DNA of 64,000 bases from Perkinsela sp. CCAP 1560/9. Lineage: Eukaryota; Protista; Euglenozoa: Kinetoplastea. Shown here in pieces: positions 32,143 through 43,692 of the stretch. The stretch is taken from NCBI GenBank assembly GCA_965644495.1, contig CBFFSA010000004.1:62001-126000 (forward strand). The letters are read 5' to 3'. The position numbers were made by a program, and so were the translations under genes. The notes under the pieces were generated by a model. It was not told the DNA's origin. It ran no database searches and saw only the letters and a list, made by a program, of their open reading frames with translations. Within the stretch, counting starts at the first letter, position 1. Every line of letters begins with the position of its first letter.

Positions 32143-32646
32143 CTACTTTCGTTGTTCCACCAGCTTTTCAATGAGTGCGTTACCCTTGTTACGGACCTGT
32201 GCTGCCTCAACTGAAAGTTCTTTGCGTTGAGCGGCTGACAACTTCTGGTATTTGGCAGATACTTTCTTTGCCACCGCGCGGAAACAAGCTTTAGTATTCT
32301 TGTGGTTGCCCTTCTCTGCCTTGTATATCGCCGGCATGACACGTCGCACGAACAAACTATAAGGGCGACATTTAGCACCTTGAACTTGCGCTTTCAGTGA
32401 CTGTTTTCGCTTCATATTCTCGGCAGCAATCTTGCTGAAGGATTGCACTTGAACAGGAGATAACTTTTTAAAAGAGGCATGTACTCCGGCGAGATCTGGA
32501 GATCCTTTTTTACCTTTGAGAAACTTTGACATAAATACACGCAGCGCACTTGTCGGGGCTGATTTTCCAGCCCACGGCTTATTGATAACTTTATGACGAA
32601 GCTTTGCGATGTTCTTGGTGAGGTTTGGAAGCGCACGAGAAAACAT
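32143..32646 (-). CDS. KAP-like tandem HMG-box protein, copy 3
   Basis: 167 aa paralogue. Confidence 0.82.
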   Translation of the reverse strand: MFSRALPNLTKNIAKLRHKVINKPWAGKSAPTSALRVFMSKFLKGKKGSPDLAGVHASFKKLSPVQVQSFSKIAAENMKRKQSLKAQVQGAKCRPYSLFVRRVMPAIYKAEKGNHKNTKACFRAVAKKVSAKYQKLSAAQRKELSVEAAQVRNKGNALIEKLVEQRK

Positions 32647-33489
32647 TAGAGATAGAAAGACAGAGAATTAGACAAAAAACCTAGTATGAGATAAAATAAG
32701 ATAATTTATTAGCCTTAACCTTTTACCTGTAGATTTATTGAGGGAGATATGGTGAGCATCTAACTCGTCTTCTAAGATTAATTCCGCGAGCGTGGAATGG
32801 GCGTAAAGCGAGTAATCCGGCGAACGGTATATTATTTAAATCGCCATTTAATTAATATAGTGTTAAAATTTCTATCAAAAGAATATAGCGCTATCTAATA
32901 TTTAAATACCGTAGTAGTAGGTCCGCCATAGTGGGAAAATGAGGTGAATTTTGCCATTTAAATAATAAATTTATAATAATTAATAAATAATTTTAATTCA
33001 TGGCACAATTGTTTTTTAAATAAAAGTTCAATTTTTGGCTGGAAACATTTTTTTAATTTTTTGTCAATTTTTGAATTTCTCATGAGGTCTGATCTTGGCA
33101 ACCACTTTCTAGAGAAGAGTGCCACAGATTTTTGTACAAAAACTTAAATATCATGACAGGATTTGACGAAGGGAGAGCAAGAGGCTTTTCTTCAACACCC
33201 GGTCGTGGGATCATGCGAGATGATCTTGCATCTCACATCACACCCACAGCCCCTCACTTGAGGGGCTGCGGGTACTTCGACCGAGACCGCACCGAGACCG
33301 CGGTTCGTATTTTCGGTGGGGAGAGATAGAAAAACAGCCAAAAGTTTACATTTGTTTTTATTTTTAAGTGGAATTTCGAATTCGGTGTACGCTTCTAGCT
33401 ATATTTTCCTTTGTTTCTTTCTCTGAATCATTTTCATCCTTTTTACTAACAACGGCGCGTTTTTCTTTTCCCGTAAACTTTTCTCCTAA

Positions 33490-34140
33490 ATGTTTATGAA
33501 TATCGAGAGCAATGACGCATTGCAAGAACGATTGACTGCTCTTGAGCCTGAGACAAGTGCCGAACACAAACTCTTCGATGTCATCAAGGCTTCGACGATC
33601 CGGGTCTTTACGAAGAGGCCCGACGTTTTCTCCAAGCCACGTTTGGAGATAAGCAATGCGGAGCTCAGTAGTAAAGTGGATGAAATCGCAGGGCGCGTGT
33701 CACGCACGATGGACAACTTCCTACCTGTTGCACGCTCTGTGTGTGGCATTGACTTGACCTCGTGCATCGTGACTCGCGCCCTGTTCCACTTGGTTGACCG
33801 CCGGGGCCATCTGCATCTGAGCGTCCGCCCCCGGAGCGCGTACTTCCTTGGAGAGGCAGCTGCCGACCTTGAAGAGTACCTTCAAGAAGACCCCCTCTTT
33901 TCCCCCCATCGCCAAGGTGAAGTGGGCGACTTTGTGGACAGCGTGTGGCGCTCTGTTTCCGGGAAGCGGTCTCGCGTTTGCCAGCAGTGGCGTCAGCGCA
34001 AGCGGACCGCTTCTCGTCAAAATGAATCAAGCAGCGGGGCTGAAGTCTCGCCACCACCCCCAGAATACAATCCTCCCTCGTATACGGTGGCCAGCCCGAT
34101 CGCTACTTCGGATCGTTCGGTTCGTTTCCCGGCCTTATAG
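33490..34140 (+). CDS. Accessory ORF of the PHIS element, family not recognised
   Basis: 216 aa; full-length homologue at 41622-42296 inside related TIRs. Confidence 0.8.
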   Translation: MFMNIESNDALQERLTALEPETSAEHKLFDVIKASTIRVFTKRPDVFSKPRLEISNAELSSKVDEIAGRVSRTMDNFLPVARSVCGIDLTSCIVTRALFHLVDRRGHLHLSVRPRSAYFLGEAAADLEEYLQEDPLFSPHRQGEVGDFVDSVWRSVSGKRSRVCQQWRQRKRTASRQNESSSGAEVSPPPPEYNPPSYTVASPIATSDRSVRFPAL

Positions 34141-34430
34141 GTGTGCTCCACATGAGACGAGAAAGTACGAAGGTAAGACGGTAATAAGGTCTTACGAAGG
34201 TAAGACGGTAATAAGATGGCAAAGAAGGTAATAAGGCAAGTTAAGGTAAGGCAATTTCGTTCCCACTACTGTTCTGTTCGATTTTCCCTAATTACTAGCT
34301 CATTCCACTAATTGTTATTTCATTCCACTAATTACAAGTACATGCTAAAATATTTCCGCCCAATAATAATACAACCCTACTTATTTTGCTTTTAAATCGA
34401 AATTTCTTTCAATCGTTTCATTCTCTCTCT

Positions 34431-35375
34431 ATGTTTGGCATCTCGATAGCACAGGTGTGGGAGTTCTACAACGAGCTCCGACGTGTGCATGGATCCGATG
34501 TTACGGAGACTGATTACCGTCGTGTTCAGTCATCATTGTGCATCTGTTCTCTGAATTGCACATGGGAACAGTTGTACGATGTCCAAAGGGCGTGGCTCTC
34601 ACCGGACGCCCCGTTGATTTCAATTCGGACTCTCCGGGATGATTTTACTCGTGTGGCGCAGCTGTGCCGTTCACCCCTGCTCATGAACCCCGAGCTACGG
34701 TTTACCCAGGGAGTATCATGGTTATCTGACGTAACCTGCATGCTGGACGTCACGACGATCCCATGTCGTGCAAGAAAACCGAGAGAAACACCTGATGAAA
34801 CCACCCGAGATAGCACCTATTCGGGAAAGCACCGGCAGCACTGCTTCAAGGTGGAAGTTTGGCTAACACTGGCCGGAGTTCCATTCTTCTTTCGCGGACC
34901 AGTTGTTGGCAGCATGCATGATGCCAAAATTTATAAGAGTACTAGTGTGCATCGTACTCCGCTGTTCACTCACCACAAAGATGAAATGTTCTTGGCCGAT
35001 CTAGGGTACATAGGTTGTGCGCACTGCCTTGTACCCTATAAGAAAACTGGCCGTGGTCTCACCGATGATGAAAAACGTGTGAATGAAAGGATTTCACTGA
35101 TTCGCTCTCGAATTGAGCGACGTTTTGCACATTTCGACAAGTTTCGTTTTCTTCATGGTACTGATCATGATATACCATGGGTCAGAGACGCTTTTCAAAA
35201 TGTTTCTGTAGTTACGTATGGACTGCTGGCTACTCAGCCGCAGCATGATTTCGATTCGATTATAAATTTAAGTTTGAAATCTACAAGTGATGAAGGTGAG
35301 TGTTTATGTAGTAAAGGGTGCGGTGTAGTTGATGGTATCGAAAGCCGCAGAGAGTGGCTTAAGGAAAAAGCCTAA
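34431..35375 (+). CDS. Harbinger-type DDE transposase (DDE_Tnp_4-like)
   Basis: MLDVTTIP, YSGKH, GSMHDAKI, LADLGY, PYKK, NERISLIRSRIERRF. Confidence 0.92.
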   Translation: MFGISIAQVWEFYNELRRVHGSDVTETDYRRVQSSLCICSLNCTWEQLYDVQRAWLSPDAPLISIRTLRDDFTRVAQLCRSPLLMNPELRFTQGVSWLSDVTCMLDVTTIPCRARKPRETPDETTRDSTYSGKHRQHCFKVEVWLTLAGVPFFFRGPVVGSMHDAKIYKSTSVHRTPLFTHHKDEMFLADLGYIGCAHCLVPYKKTGRGLTDDEKRVNERISLIRSRIERRFAHFDKFRFLHGTDHDIPWVRDAFQNVSVVTYGLLATQPQHDFDSIINLSLKSTSDEGECLCSKGCGVVDGIESRREWLKEKA

Positions 35376-36128
35376 AAAATCAAATAAGTGTGCTAAGTAA
35401 TTTTATTTACTTATGGGCGGGGGGAGGGGGTAGGCTTCCGGTGGGCCTAGGGGGTGTACACCAAAAAGTAAAATATTTACGTTCAAGGCTCGTGATAAAT
35501 TTGTAGTTATAAATGAGTGTATCAGGGTTACCCCTTTCTTTGGTAAAATCACGCGTATATTCCTTTTAGTAGATTTGTTACTAACCGTACAGATTTGTTA
35601 ATAACCGTAAATTTCATTGAGATTTCCTCTCCAACAATGTCCGGATTCATGTAGCCTCGCCTTCGCCTTCTACGCCCCTGCCCCCACCCCCCACCCATTC
35701 CACGCTTTCTGTTCTTGCACTCAGATAAGTGCGTACGCCGCACCGAGACCGCGCCGAGACCGCACCGAATCCCCACCCGCAGCCCCTCACTTAATGACCA
35801 CTTATTGTCCTTCCCTTCGCAACGCATTTGACAAGATTAGAGAGATGTAATTTATTTTTCTTCTTGTCTACCACGATTTCAAATCTAATGTTTTGGTGAA
35901 AAGCTACTTTGCTCCCCGTAAAAAATCTTGAATCTTTTTGGGGGCAAAAAAACCCTTTTGACCTACTTTTTGGTTTCTTCCGCCTCTCTACCAAGAACTT
36001 CTATTAGTCGATATGTACAAATTTCTAGAAAATTTACTGTAACAAAAATTATTGATTGTTCAATTAAAAGTTGCAGAGCTTCGCCAATAATTAAAAGCTC
36101 AATAATATTACTGTCCCTTTCATAAAAT

Positions 36129-36856
36129 CTGTCCCCCCTACTTAAGAGTCCGTGGGGTACCCCCCCTACTTAAGAGTCCTTTTTGACGGATCCTCGGGCT
36201 GCCTGCGGCGCGAAGTGCTGCCAGATTTGTTTTTTGATTTTTTTCTATTTTCTTTGATTTTTTTTGTTGTCTGCCCATTGCGTTTAGTTGCGTTTTTAAT
36301 ATTTCTAAGCTATTTATATTTGATGGTACTCCGAGGAAGGAGCAGACTACGGGAAGGCATGTTACACAACCATCCTCCTCAGCCCTCTTCAACTCTCTCA
36401 CGAACTGATCGAAGTTCTTCTCCCCTCCGATCACCCTCCTCACACGAGAACGGCAAATTTGCCGACCAAACCCCTTCATCTATCTCCCCACCTAACCACG
36501 GTAACCTTCCGTTACCCCATTCCGGGAGCCAAGCTCGTTCTCTTCTATCCCAAGTGTGCGCGGTATTGTATTACGAGTATCATTATATTCTCCTGCATAT
36601 CAAGGGTCATATTCTGAATATTTATGACAGTTTTTTTTTGAACATGCCTCAGTAGCACGTCGGGTACAGACGCCGACCTTCATTAGACAAAAATAGAAAA
36701 AAAATAGAGAAACACATGGACAAAAAAGGAACCGGCCATATTGAAATTTTATGAAAAAATGCTGACCCCCCCACTTAAGAGTCCGAAAAATTGTGACCCC
36801 CCCACTTAAGAGTCCAAATGCCCAAAATCGGCGGACTCTTAAGGAGGGGGGGACAG
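36129..36856. mobile_element. pogo-type MITE or non-autonomous element
   Basis: CTGTCCCCCCTACTTAAGAGTCC ... GGACTCTTAAGGAGGGGGGGACAG|TA; internal CCCCC(T/C)ACTTAAGAGTCC repeats. Confidence 0.75.
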
Positions 36857-36916
36857 TAATTTTAATTATAAAATATAAAACTTTTAGATTTATAATTACC
36901 CCCCCTCTAATAACTA

Positions 36917-37897
36917 CCGTCACCCCCCCCTTTATACTTCCGCCGGTTTCGGTACTTTTGGAAGTATAAAGGCGGGGGTCTGACTTTCGGAAGTATAAAG
37001 GGGGGGTCTGATTTTTTGAAAAATCCGCGAAACAAATATTTTTGAAAAAGGGGCAAAAAAAAAAAATGCGCCGCTTCGCGGCGCTGGTTTCCTATTATTC
37101 TATCTAAAAATCAATCATCTAATCTCCAAACATGCAGGGCACAATGTTTGCTTCCGTGTTTCACTTGCACACAATCAACATACGCTGTATATTACGCTGT
37201 AGTGAATACGTGTCGGGACGATCTACCATTAGAAGCTTCATGGGACAGTCTTTGAAACGAGGTACATTCGCCTTTGCTGCAGCAGGCGCATGTCCGCGCT
37301 GGCTGTCATCCCGCCCAGTTCGCTAAGGAGGAGTTCGTCATTTTTTTCGCATCTCGACATGTTTGTCCTCGTGCAAACCCCATCGCGCTTGCGATCACGA
37401 TAGACTTTTTTCTAGAAAAGTCCGACACCATTTTTTCGGATGGAGCGGATGGTTCGAGATCAGACGCCGTACTTCTCGCTGATTTGTGGAGCACTGCTAC
37501 TCGAATGACACACATTCAACTTCTCCTACATTGTTGGGTTCTTTCCTCCCTGGGGTGAACCGACGGACACTGGTAATGTCGCAGGCTCCGCGCTTGAAAC
37601 CATTATTTCGTTGGGAGGCCGAACGCGATGAAGAGGGGGATAAAGCTTAACCCACTGTGAGTATTGACATGGGAAAAAATACGGCAAATAATTTAAATGT
37701 ATATCTAGCAATATCTCTACACACATCTCTAACGTTTAATAAAAAAAATGTAGAAAATTGTTATAAAAAATGCTTCGCGGCGTATTTTTTTTGGGACCGG
37801 AAGTATAAAGGTGGGGGGCTGATTTTTCATCTGGATGAAAACGGAAGTATAAAGGGGGGGGTTGACCCCCCTGAAGTATAAAGGAGGGGGGTGACAG
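36917..37897 (-). mobile_element. pogo/Tigger-type element with a decayed N-terminal HTH
   Basis: TA|CCGTCACCCCCCCCTTTATACTTC ... GAAGTATAAAGGAGGGGGGTGACAG|TA; minus strand reads EKLNVC..APQISEKYGV*SRTIRSIRKN (CENP-B/psq-like HTH). Confidence 0.78.
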
Positions 37898-38039
37898 TAA
37901 TTATAAATAGAAAATATACAGTGTTATATTTAATTACGGTATTATTTAATTACGCTTTTAAGGTTATTTTTGGCTAAAATTAATCTTAATCAAATTAACC
38001 GTAATATAATCCACTCGTAAATTAATAATTTTTGAACAC

Positions 38040-40586
38040 ACTTTTTGAGTAACGTTTAAGCGCCCAAGCCATTGGATTCGTCTGAGATCATTTTATAAAG
38101 GTTTGTGTTTCGCGCTGACGTAGTTCCCTGGCCATTTGCTTCTGAGAGAGCTTCTCCCCCGGGAAGAACAGGAAGCGTTTTACCGAGAGAATGAGGTTCC
38201 AGGCGGTCACAATCTTCTCGTCAGGGGATTTAGATGGGAACCTACGGCAAACATGTGCTAAGTGTTCTCTCCACGCGGGGGTCTGGACTGCATAAAGTTT
38301 GCGCAGAGCCCCTCCCCAACAGTTCCGCCAGGTTTTCGGACGGGGCGTGGTCGGTTCCTTCTGTATACGCGCTCTGTGTGCATGGGGGCGTAACGGAAAC
38401 AGGTTCGGACGGAATTACGGCCGTGTGTGCGGGCTCCGGCTGGAGGGGGCTGGCCGTAATGGCTGCCACCGCGATCCCTTCGAGTATCATCTCGCTGACG
38501 AGCGGGGTGGGCTCCGCCATAAGGACCGGCGCGAGGCTGCCTTCCTCAGAGTGTGGCTCACCGGCGTGCTGGTTGCCATCCCCCTGACGAGGGAAGTTCG
38601 GTTCAGAACCTTTCGGGAGGTTACCGGCCTTTGCGGGAATGCTGCGGGTTGCGGTGGGGCCCTAGCCTTAGGGGGGGATGTTACGTAAGGGCCTGAAGGG
38701 AGGCTGCGCACGACAGACCGAGTATTGCGAGTCTTGCGGTGAGGTCCCGGGTTAGCCTCGATGCAGCCCCGTCTCAGGTTGCATCGCACCAGTTCCGCCG
38801 ACCACCCCGAGTCGGCGATTAAACCCTCAGAAGGGAGGAAACACCAGTATACGGACCCGTCTTCCGCCTCGAAAGGGGTCCATGTACATGCGAAGTCGTG
38901 AGCTAGTGCCAACGTGTGGCAAAGGAAGAAGGGAATATTTTCTGCGGGGAGGGGGGATTTCGTGTTGATGCACGAGCCGTGTGTTGTTCCGTCGAACACC
39001 CTGACATGGTGTCCGTATGGCGAATCGTTGAAAGGTACGAGCAGGGTGGCCCAAATGCTGGGCGAGGCGCCCACGTCCTCGTCTGTCTCCAGGTAGGGGC
39101 CTCCATGGTCGCTGGTGAGACATACGCGGTCCGACGGGACCCCTAGCGTGCGGCCGACTGTGTGAGCTAAGCCTTGGAGTGGGCATCCGGGTGGGACCGG
39201 AACCATGATGTGCCCCATAGCGTGGGGCCCTAGATGCAGGTTAACCTTGGTCCAGACCTCCTCATGGAGTTCCGGAGGGGGAGGGGGGGCGTCCCTGGTG
39301 GGCCGTGCGCTCCCCCCGACTGGTGGCGAAATCGAGGGGCGTCAGCCATAGGGGGCGGCGGAGAGTTTACTTCAATGTGCCCACTCGCCGGGGTTGTCGG
39401 GGCCCTGTTTACTAAGGCGATGCGCTGCAGTTCCCCGAGCCACACGTTGTGGAGTTCGGAGGCTGAGGCCCACTGGAGGTCTGAGATATCTGAAGCTCCC
39501 CACCGGTGTTCCTTGAGAAGGTGGGCGGCGGTCGCGCGGACAGCGGCCTGTTCGTGGACGAGCTTATGTTCCGCCAACTTCCGCTGATCGAGGAAGACTC
39601 GCCCACAAGTATGACAAAGATGTGCTCGATCCTCGACCAGTTTGCGTTCCCTATGCTCCTGCCTCGCGTCCTGGCAGAGTAGGGCGAGCCACTCTGAGAT
39701 GATGTCGTCCCGCGCCCTCGCGAAGTCGGCCTTCAGAGCTCGGGCAGCGCTCGCTAGACGATGCTCTTCGACTTCGTGTCCGAGTACACTAGGTCCGAGG
39801 ACACTCCATCCTTGCGTCCCCTATTGAAGAGAGCCCCCATAATTTCGGCATTCTTAGATGCTATGATCGCAAGTTGGTCCTAGAGAGGGGGTGCTTTGTC
39901 AGTTACGGTGCCGGAGGGGTTCTGTACCTTGGGTTGATAGGCGCGGAGGGATGGGTGAGAGCAATCTGGCCTTGTCCGCGTAAGAGTGGGTCAAATGGGT
40001 GGGCGTCGGCCGAGGGGCGAAGGAGACCTGGGAGGAGGAGCGGGTGCGGGGGCCTTCGGCTTGACGGAGGCTCGGCTTGCGGGGAGCCGACCGGCCCCTG
40101 GACGTGGCGCGCGTGGGGGTAGAGAAACGTGAACGAGAGCGTGTTCTACGGCCTGGGGATGTGTCCCGTCCCGGGGAGATTCTGGCGGGTGATGAGTGGC
40201 TACCAGCGCTCTGGCGTTCGGCGCGGAGTTCAACACACCCCGGGCATAGAAGGTTAAAAGGTCGCCTCGGGGAGAAGGGCTGCGCGCAGAAACCACACGG
40301 CCGGTTGTCGAGGGAGGAGGAGGCCCCCGCGTGACGACGGGGGGAGGTCTGCTTGGGTCCACCGTGGGCGGGCCCGAGAGAAGAGGAGTGGTCCCGCGGA
40401 GATCGGGACAATCGTCGAGATGAATCAGCGCACGGCTGGCACATCCGGTGGGAGGGGGAGAGTGGTTCATACTTCGAACCTCAAGTTGCGCAAAACAAGA
40501 TTCCCTGGAGCGGGGGTTTTGCCATGGGGGTAAAATAACGAAGAAAATTTAACAAGGTACAGAAACTGTATCTTATCGTTAAAGTT
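38040..40586 (-). mobile_element. 5' portion of a GC-rich non-LTR retrotransposon (CRE/SLACS-like) preceded by an SL sequence; 3'-truncated before the RT
   Basis: SL at the 5' end; CxxC..F.P..LCxxC finger (CGFC..LCPGC); C2H2 finger HLCHTCGRVFLDQRKLAEHKLVH near 39550-39620; Pro/Ser-rich linkers; broken ORFs. Confidence 0.62.
40551..40586 (-). ncRNA. Spliced-leader (mini-exon)-like sequence, no SL intron
   Basis: AACTTTAACGATAAGATACAGTTTCTGTACCTTGTT(A): AAC start and the conserved euglenozoan core ACAGTTTCTGTAC. Confidence 0.85.
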
Positions 40587-41382
40587 AAATCTTTATCGGT
40601 AAAATGATATCGCAGAACATAACCTATTGAACACCAATTTAAATTTTAGAATTACAAGACGCTGTGGAGCAAATTTATGATCAAAGCGATGATGAAACTG
40701 ACATGGAAGAAAACCGTTCTGAATTAGAAATGGTTCAACGAATCTAAGTCATTCCGGATTGCTCCGATTGGTCACTGGCAGGCCAGACCCTTCACATGTA
40801 GATTTGAAACTTTCGAGGCCGAAGTCCTCTACCTGTTTTCGTTAGTACAAGGCGGCAACAACGTGCTGCTACCAACCCGTTGCGTCGACGAACCCAAGAC
40901 AATCTTCAAAAGTTATCATTCCTGCAGCTACGTAGCATTCCTGTAGCCGTTAACATTCTCCCCGGAACGGTAAACCGGACTACGGTTTAAAATCCCGGTA
41001 TGACGGCGTCGTCTTCACCAAGAAAGTTGCACCAAGAACCTTTGTGCATCGATCTTTGTGCGCCATCTGTGTCCCCCCCTTTGAAGACCACTGGGCGTGG
41101 CCCTGCCTCGCCTTATCCCGATGCAACAGTCGGTTGCAGTGCACCCCTCCGGCTGTGTAAAGAGGTGGTAAGTTGTCTGGAGAATCTGACACCCCCCTTA
41201 CTTCACCACACGTCCAGTGACTAAATGTGGTGAAGTAAGGGGGGAGGCGAAGTAAGGGGGGGTAACGGTATGTGGAAGCCGGGTTCAGGCGGGGGGTGCA
41301 GGGGGTGTAGGAGAGTGCAGGGAGGCTCTGCAGCTGGCAATGAAACATTCTAAGGATTCACACAGATTGGTGCCCATACATG

Positions 41383-42543
41383 TGAGGGGCTGCGGGTGAC
41401 GTTAACCGCGGTCTCGCACGGTCTCGGCGCGGTCTCGCGCGGTCTCATATTTGTAAAATGGGCTAGAGGGTAAAAACACGACTTGCAGATTAGGTAAAAT
41501 GGTATTTGAGGTGAACACTAAACATCCGCTTTGACACACTTAAAACCATCACGAATAATAAGCAGAACTTAAAATATGATCTTCTCTCTTTCTCCTTCAA
41601 CTTTTCCTGAACGCGTCCTTTTTAGTTCAGCCGCGGGAACGAGACTACACGGTCTGATGTTCTTATTTCTTTCGCCGTATAATAGGACGGCGTGGGGACA
41701 TTCTTCTCCTGATCTGCAGCCGTGGGACAAGCTTCTGGGGTCTGAGATGCTGGCTTCTGAGATGCTTCATCCGCCCCTCGTTTGAGCCGGCGACGATGCC
41801 GGTAGGTCACGCAGGCACGAGAACGCCTCCCGGATACAGAGCGCCACAAACTATCCACGAAGTCTCCTACTTCGTTGTCCCGTCGAGGTGCATACATCGG
41901 GCTGAGTTCCAGGAAGCTTTGGAGATCCTGGGCAGCTTCTCCAACAAAGTAAACGGCGTGCGACGGAACATCCATAAGCAGATGCCCGCGGCGATCTACG
42001 ATGTGAAGAATGGCGCGCTCCAGTATCTGTGGCGTAATGTCTATGCCACAAACGGAACGGCCCCCGTGAAGGAAACTATCCATGGTGCGATGAATGCGTT
42101 CCAGGATTTCTTCGACTTTTGCTCCTAGCTCTTCTTCTGTGATAATCAGCTTCGGAGGGGTAAATACGTTAACACGTTTCGTGAAAACCCTCTTGGTTGA
42201 AGCTAAAACAACCTCATAGATCGCCTTTTCACTTTCAACCTCCGAGGGGTTCGCAATTCGAGCTTTTAGGTCAGCATTACTCTCAATTCCAGTCATTGAC
42301 AAGACAAAAAGATACGGAAAGCGAATTAACAAACTAAAGATGTTCAAAAATAGTCTTACTTCTATCTTCATCAAGGCCTACAATATGAGTACTCCATACA
42401 CATCGTATATACGAAGTGAAAATTCTTTTTTATTCAAATTATGCTCTACTCTCCATCCAAAAACTAGTATTTTTTTGTCTCTCCAAGCCAAGAGCAAACC
42501 GCGGTCTCGCGCGGTATCGTGTGCCACGACCCGCAGCCCCTCA
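41383..42543 (-). mobile_element. Non-autonomous PHIS element retaining only the accessory ORF
   Basis: TG|TGAGGGGCTGCGGGT ... ACCCGCAGCCCCTCA|TG; GAGACCGC repeats oriented as in 33259-35789. Confidence 0.88.
41622..42296 (-). CDS. Accessory ORF homologous to 33490-34140
   Basis: Shared blocks IESN..L..R, RVFTKR, RTMD.FL, RSVCGID, VDRRGHL, EVGDFVDS.WRSVSG.RSR.C. Confidence 0.8.
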   Translation of the reverse strand: MTGIESNADLKARIANPSEVESEKAIYEVVLASTKRVFTKRVNVFTPPKLIITEEELGAKVEEILERIHRTMDSFLHGGRSVCGIDITPQILERAILHIVDRRGHLLMDVPSHAVYFVGEAAQDLQSFLELSPMYAPRRDNEVGDFVDSLWRSVSGRRSRACVTYRHRRRLKRGADEASQKPASQTPEACPTAADQEKNVPTPSYYTAKEIRTSDRVVSFPRLN

Positions 42544-42927
42544 TGAGGGGCTGTATGTTGACCCGTAAAACAGCAAAAAAAAGAGCCTTGGAAAATATGA
42601 ACCTTGGAAAAAACAGTAAAATAGAGGAAAAAGCGAATCTAAAAGTTGTATAGTACCCTGAGTGTCCTCCACCATTTGTAGTACTTTTTTGGGTCTTTTT
42701 GGAACTGAATAATTGAGTTCATAACTATTTTTATAACTTTTTGAGGACATCTTTTTAAGGCCTTAATGCTTTTTATATAGCCTCTATAAGGCATTTGTGG
42801 TTGTTATAATGTTTTTTATCTCAGGAGAGAACTAGAGAACTAGGAAGAAAAAAGAAACAAAGATATTTGCTAGGGGAACGAGATCTATCAAACACAATGG
42901 AGAGTCTGTAATTAGTATCTGTAGATA

Positions 42928-43692
42928 CAGGGAGTGGCACGAAAATATGGGGGAGGGTCAAAATTTTTATAACTTGTCCAATTTTGAAAAGTAGCACCGC
43001 ATTCGAGAGCTCTCGCAGAGTTACGTGTCACCTGATAATGCATTTCCCGTATCCAGGGGGGTAGGCCCCTATGCCAAAGGAGCTGAAAACACCAATTGCA
43101 AGTTTCAAAATTTGAAAAATATCTCATTTAATATCCACAATATCCTCCATTTTTTGGTAATGTAATCTTAATACGAGTTGGAACTGTCCTCAAAGTGTCT
43201 AAAAATGATTTTTTCTGTTCTCCTTTCAACAATTCAATCCCAGATGCGATCGCCGATCGCAACTCTGACCGATTTGTGGGGCATAATGAGCTTTCGTGGG
43301 CATCAGTTATCCCACAAATATTTTCTTCATACTTCCTTACTAAAAGTATGTGGTGGGTAACTTTAAGCTGTCCTCGAGGACTGTAACAATTCCGATCACG
43401 GTGCTGTGCACCCCTGCTATTGAAATAATCCTGTTTCTGTGGGATAACGAGGCGAAAAGGTAAAAAAATAGAAGGAAAATACCTAAAATATCGAAAAAAT
43501 CGAAGAATCTGAAAAAAATTGCAAGTTCCAAAAATGTATTTTTTTGTCCCGAATAAAAACAAATTAAAAACACGGGAAACGCAGTATCAGGTGACACGTA
43601 TCTCTGCGAGAGCTCTCGAATGCGGTGCTACTTTCCAAAATTGGACAATTTATACGAATTTTAACCCCCCCATATTTTCGTGCCACCCTCTG
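42928..43692 (-). mobile_element. Tc1/mariner-type deletion derivative with ~120-bp TIRs
   Basis: TA|CAGGGAGTGGCACGAAAATATGGGGG ... CCCCCATATTTTCGTGCCACCCTCTG|TA; carries a transposase C-terminus (PTNRSELRSAI..TVPTRIK..NGGYCGY*). Confidence 0.85.

Larger units (their letters stand above)
33259..35789 (+). mobile_element. PIF/Harbinger-group (PHIS) transposon with two ORFs, apparently intact
   Basis: TIR TGAGGGGCTGCGGGT / ACCCGCAGCCCCTCA; subterminal GAGACCGC repeats; CT duplicated on both sides. Empty-site equivalent near 30198-30215 on the minus strand. Confidence 0.9.

Noticed and set aside
29808-36110. One giant inverted-repeat composite transposon carrying KAP copy 3
   Set aside because: The two arms are visibly diverged separate family copies with their own TIRs, and no shared outer TSD was found.
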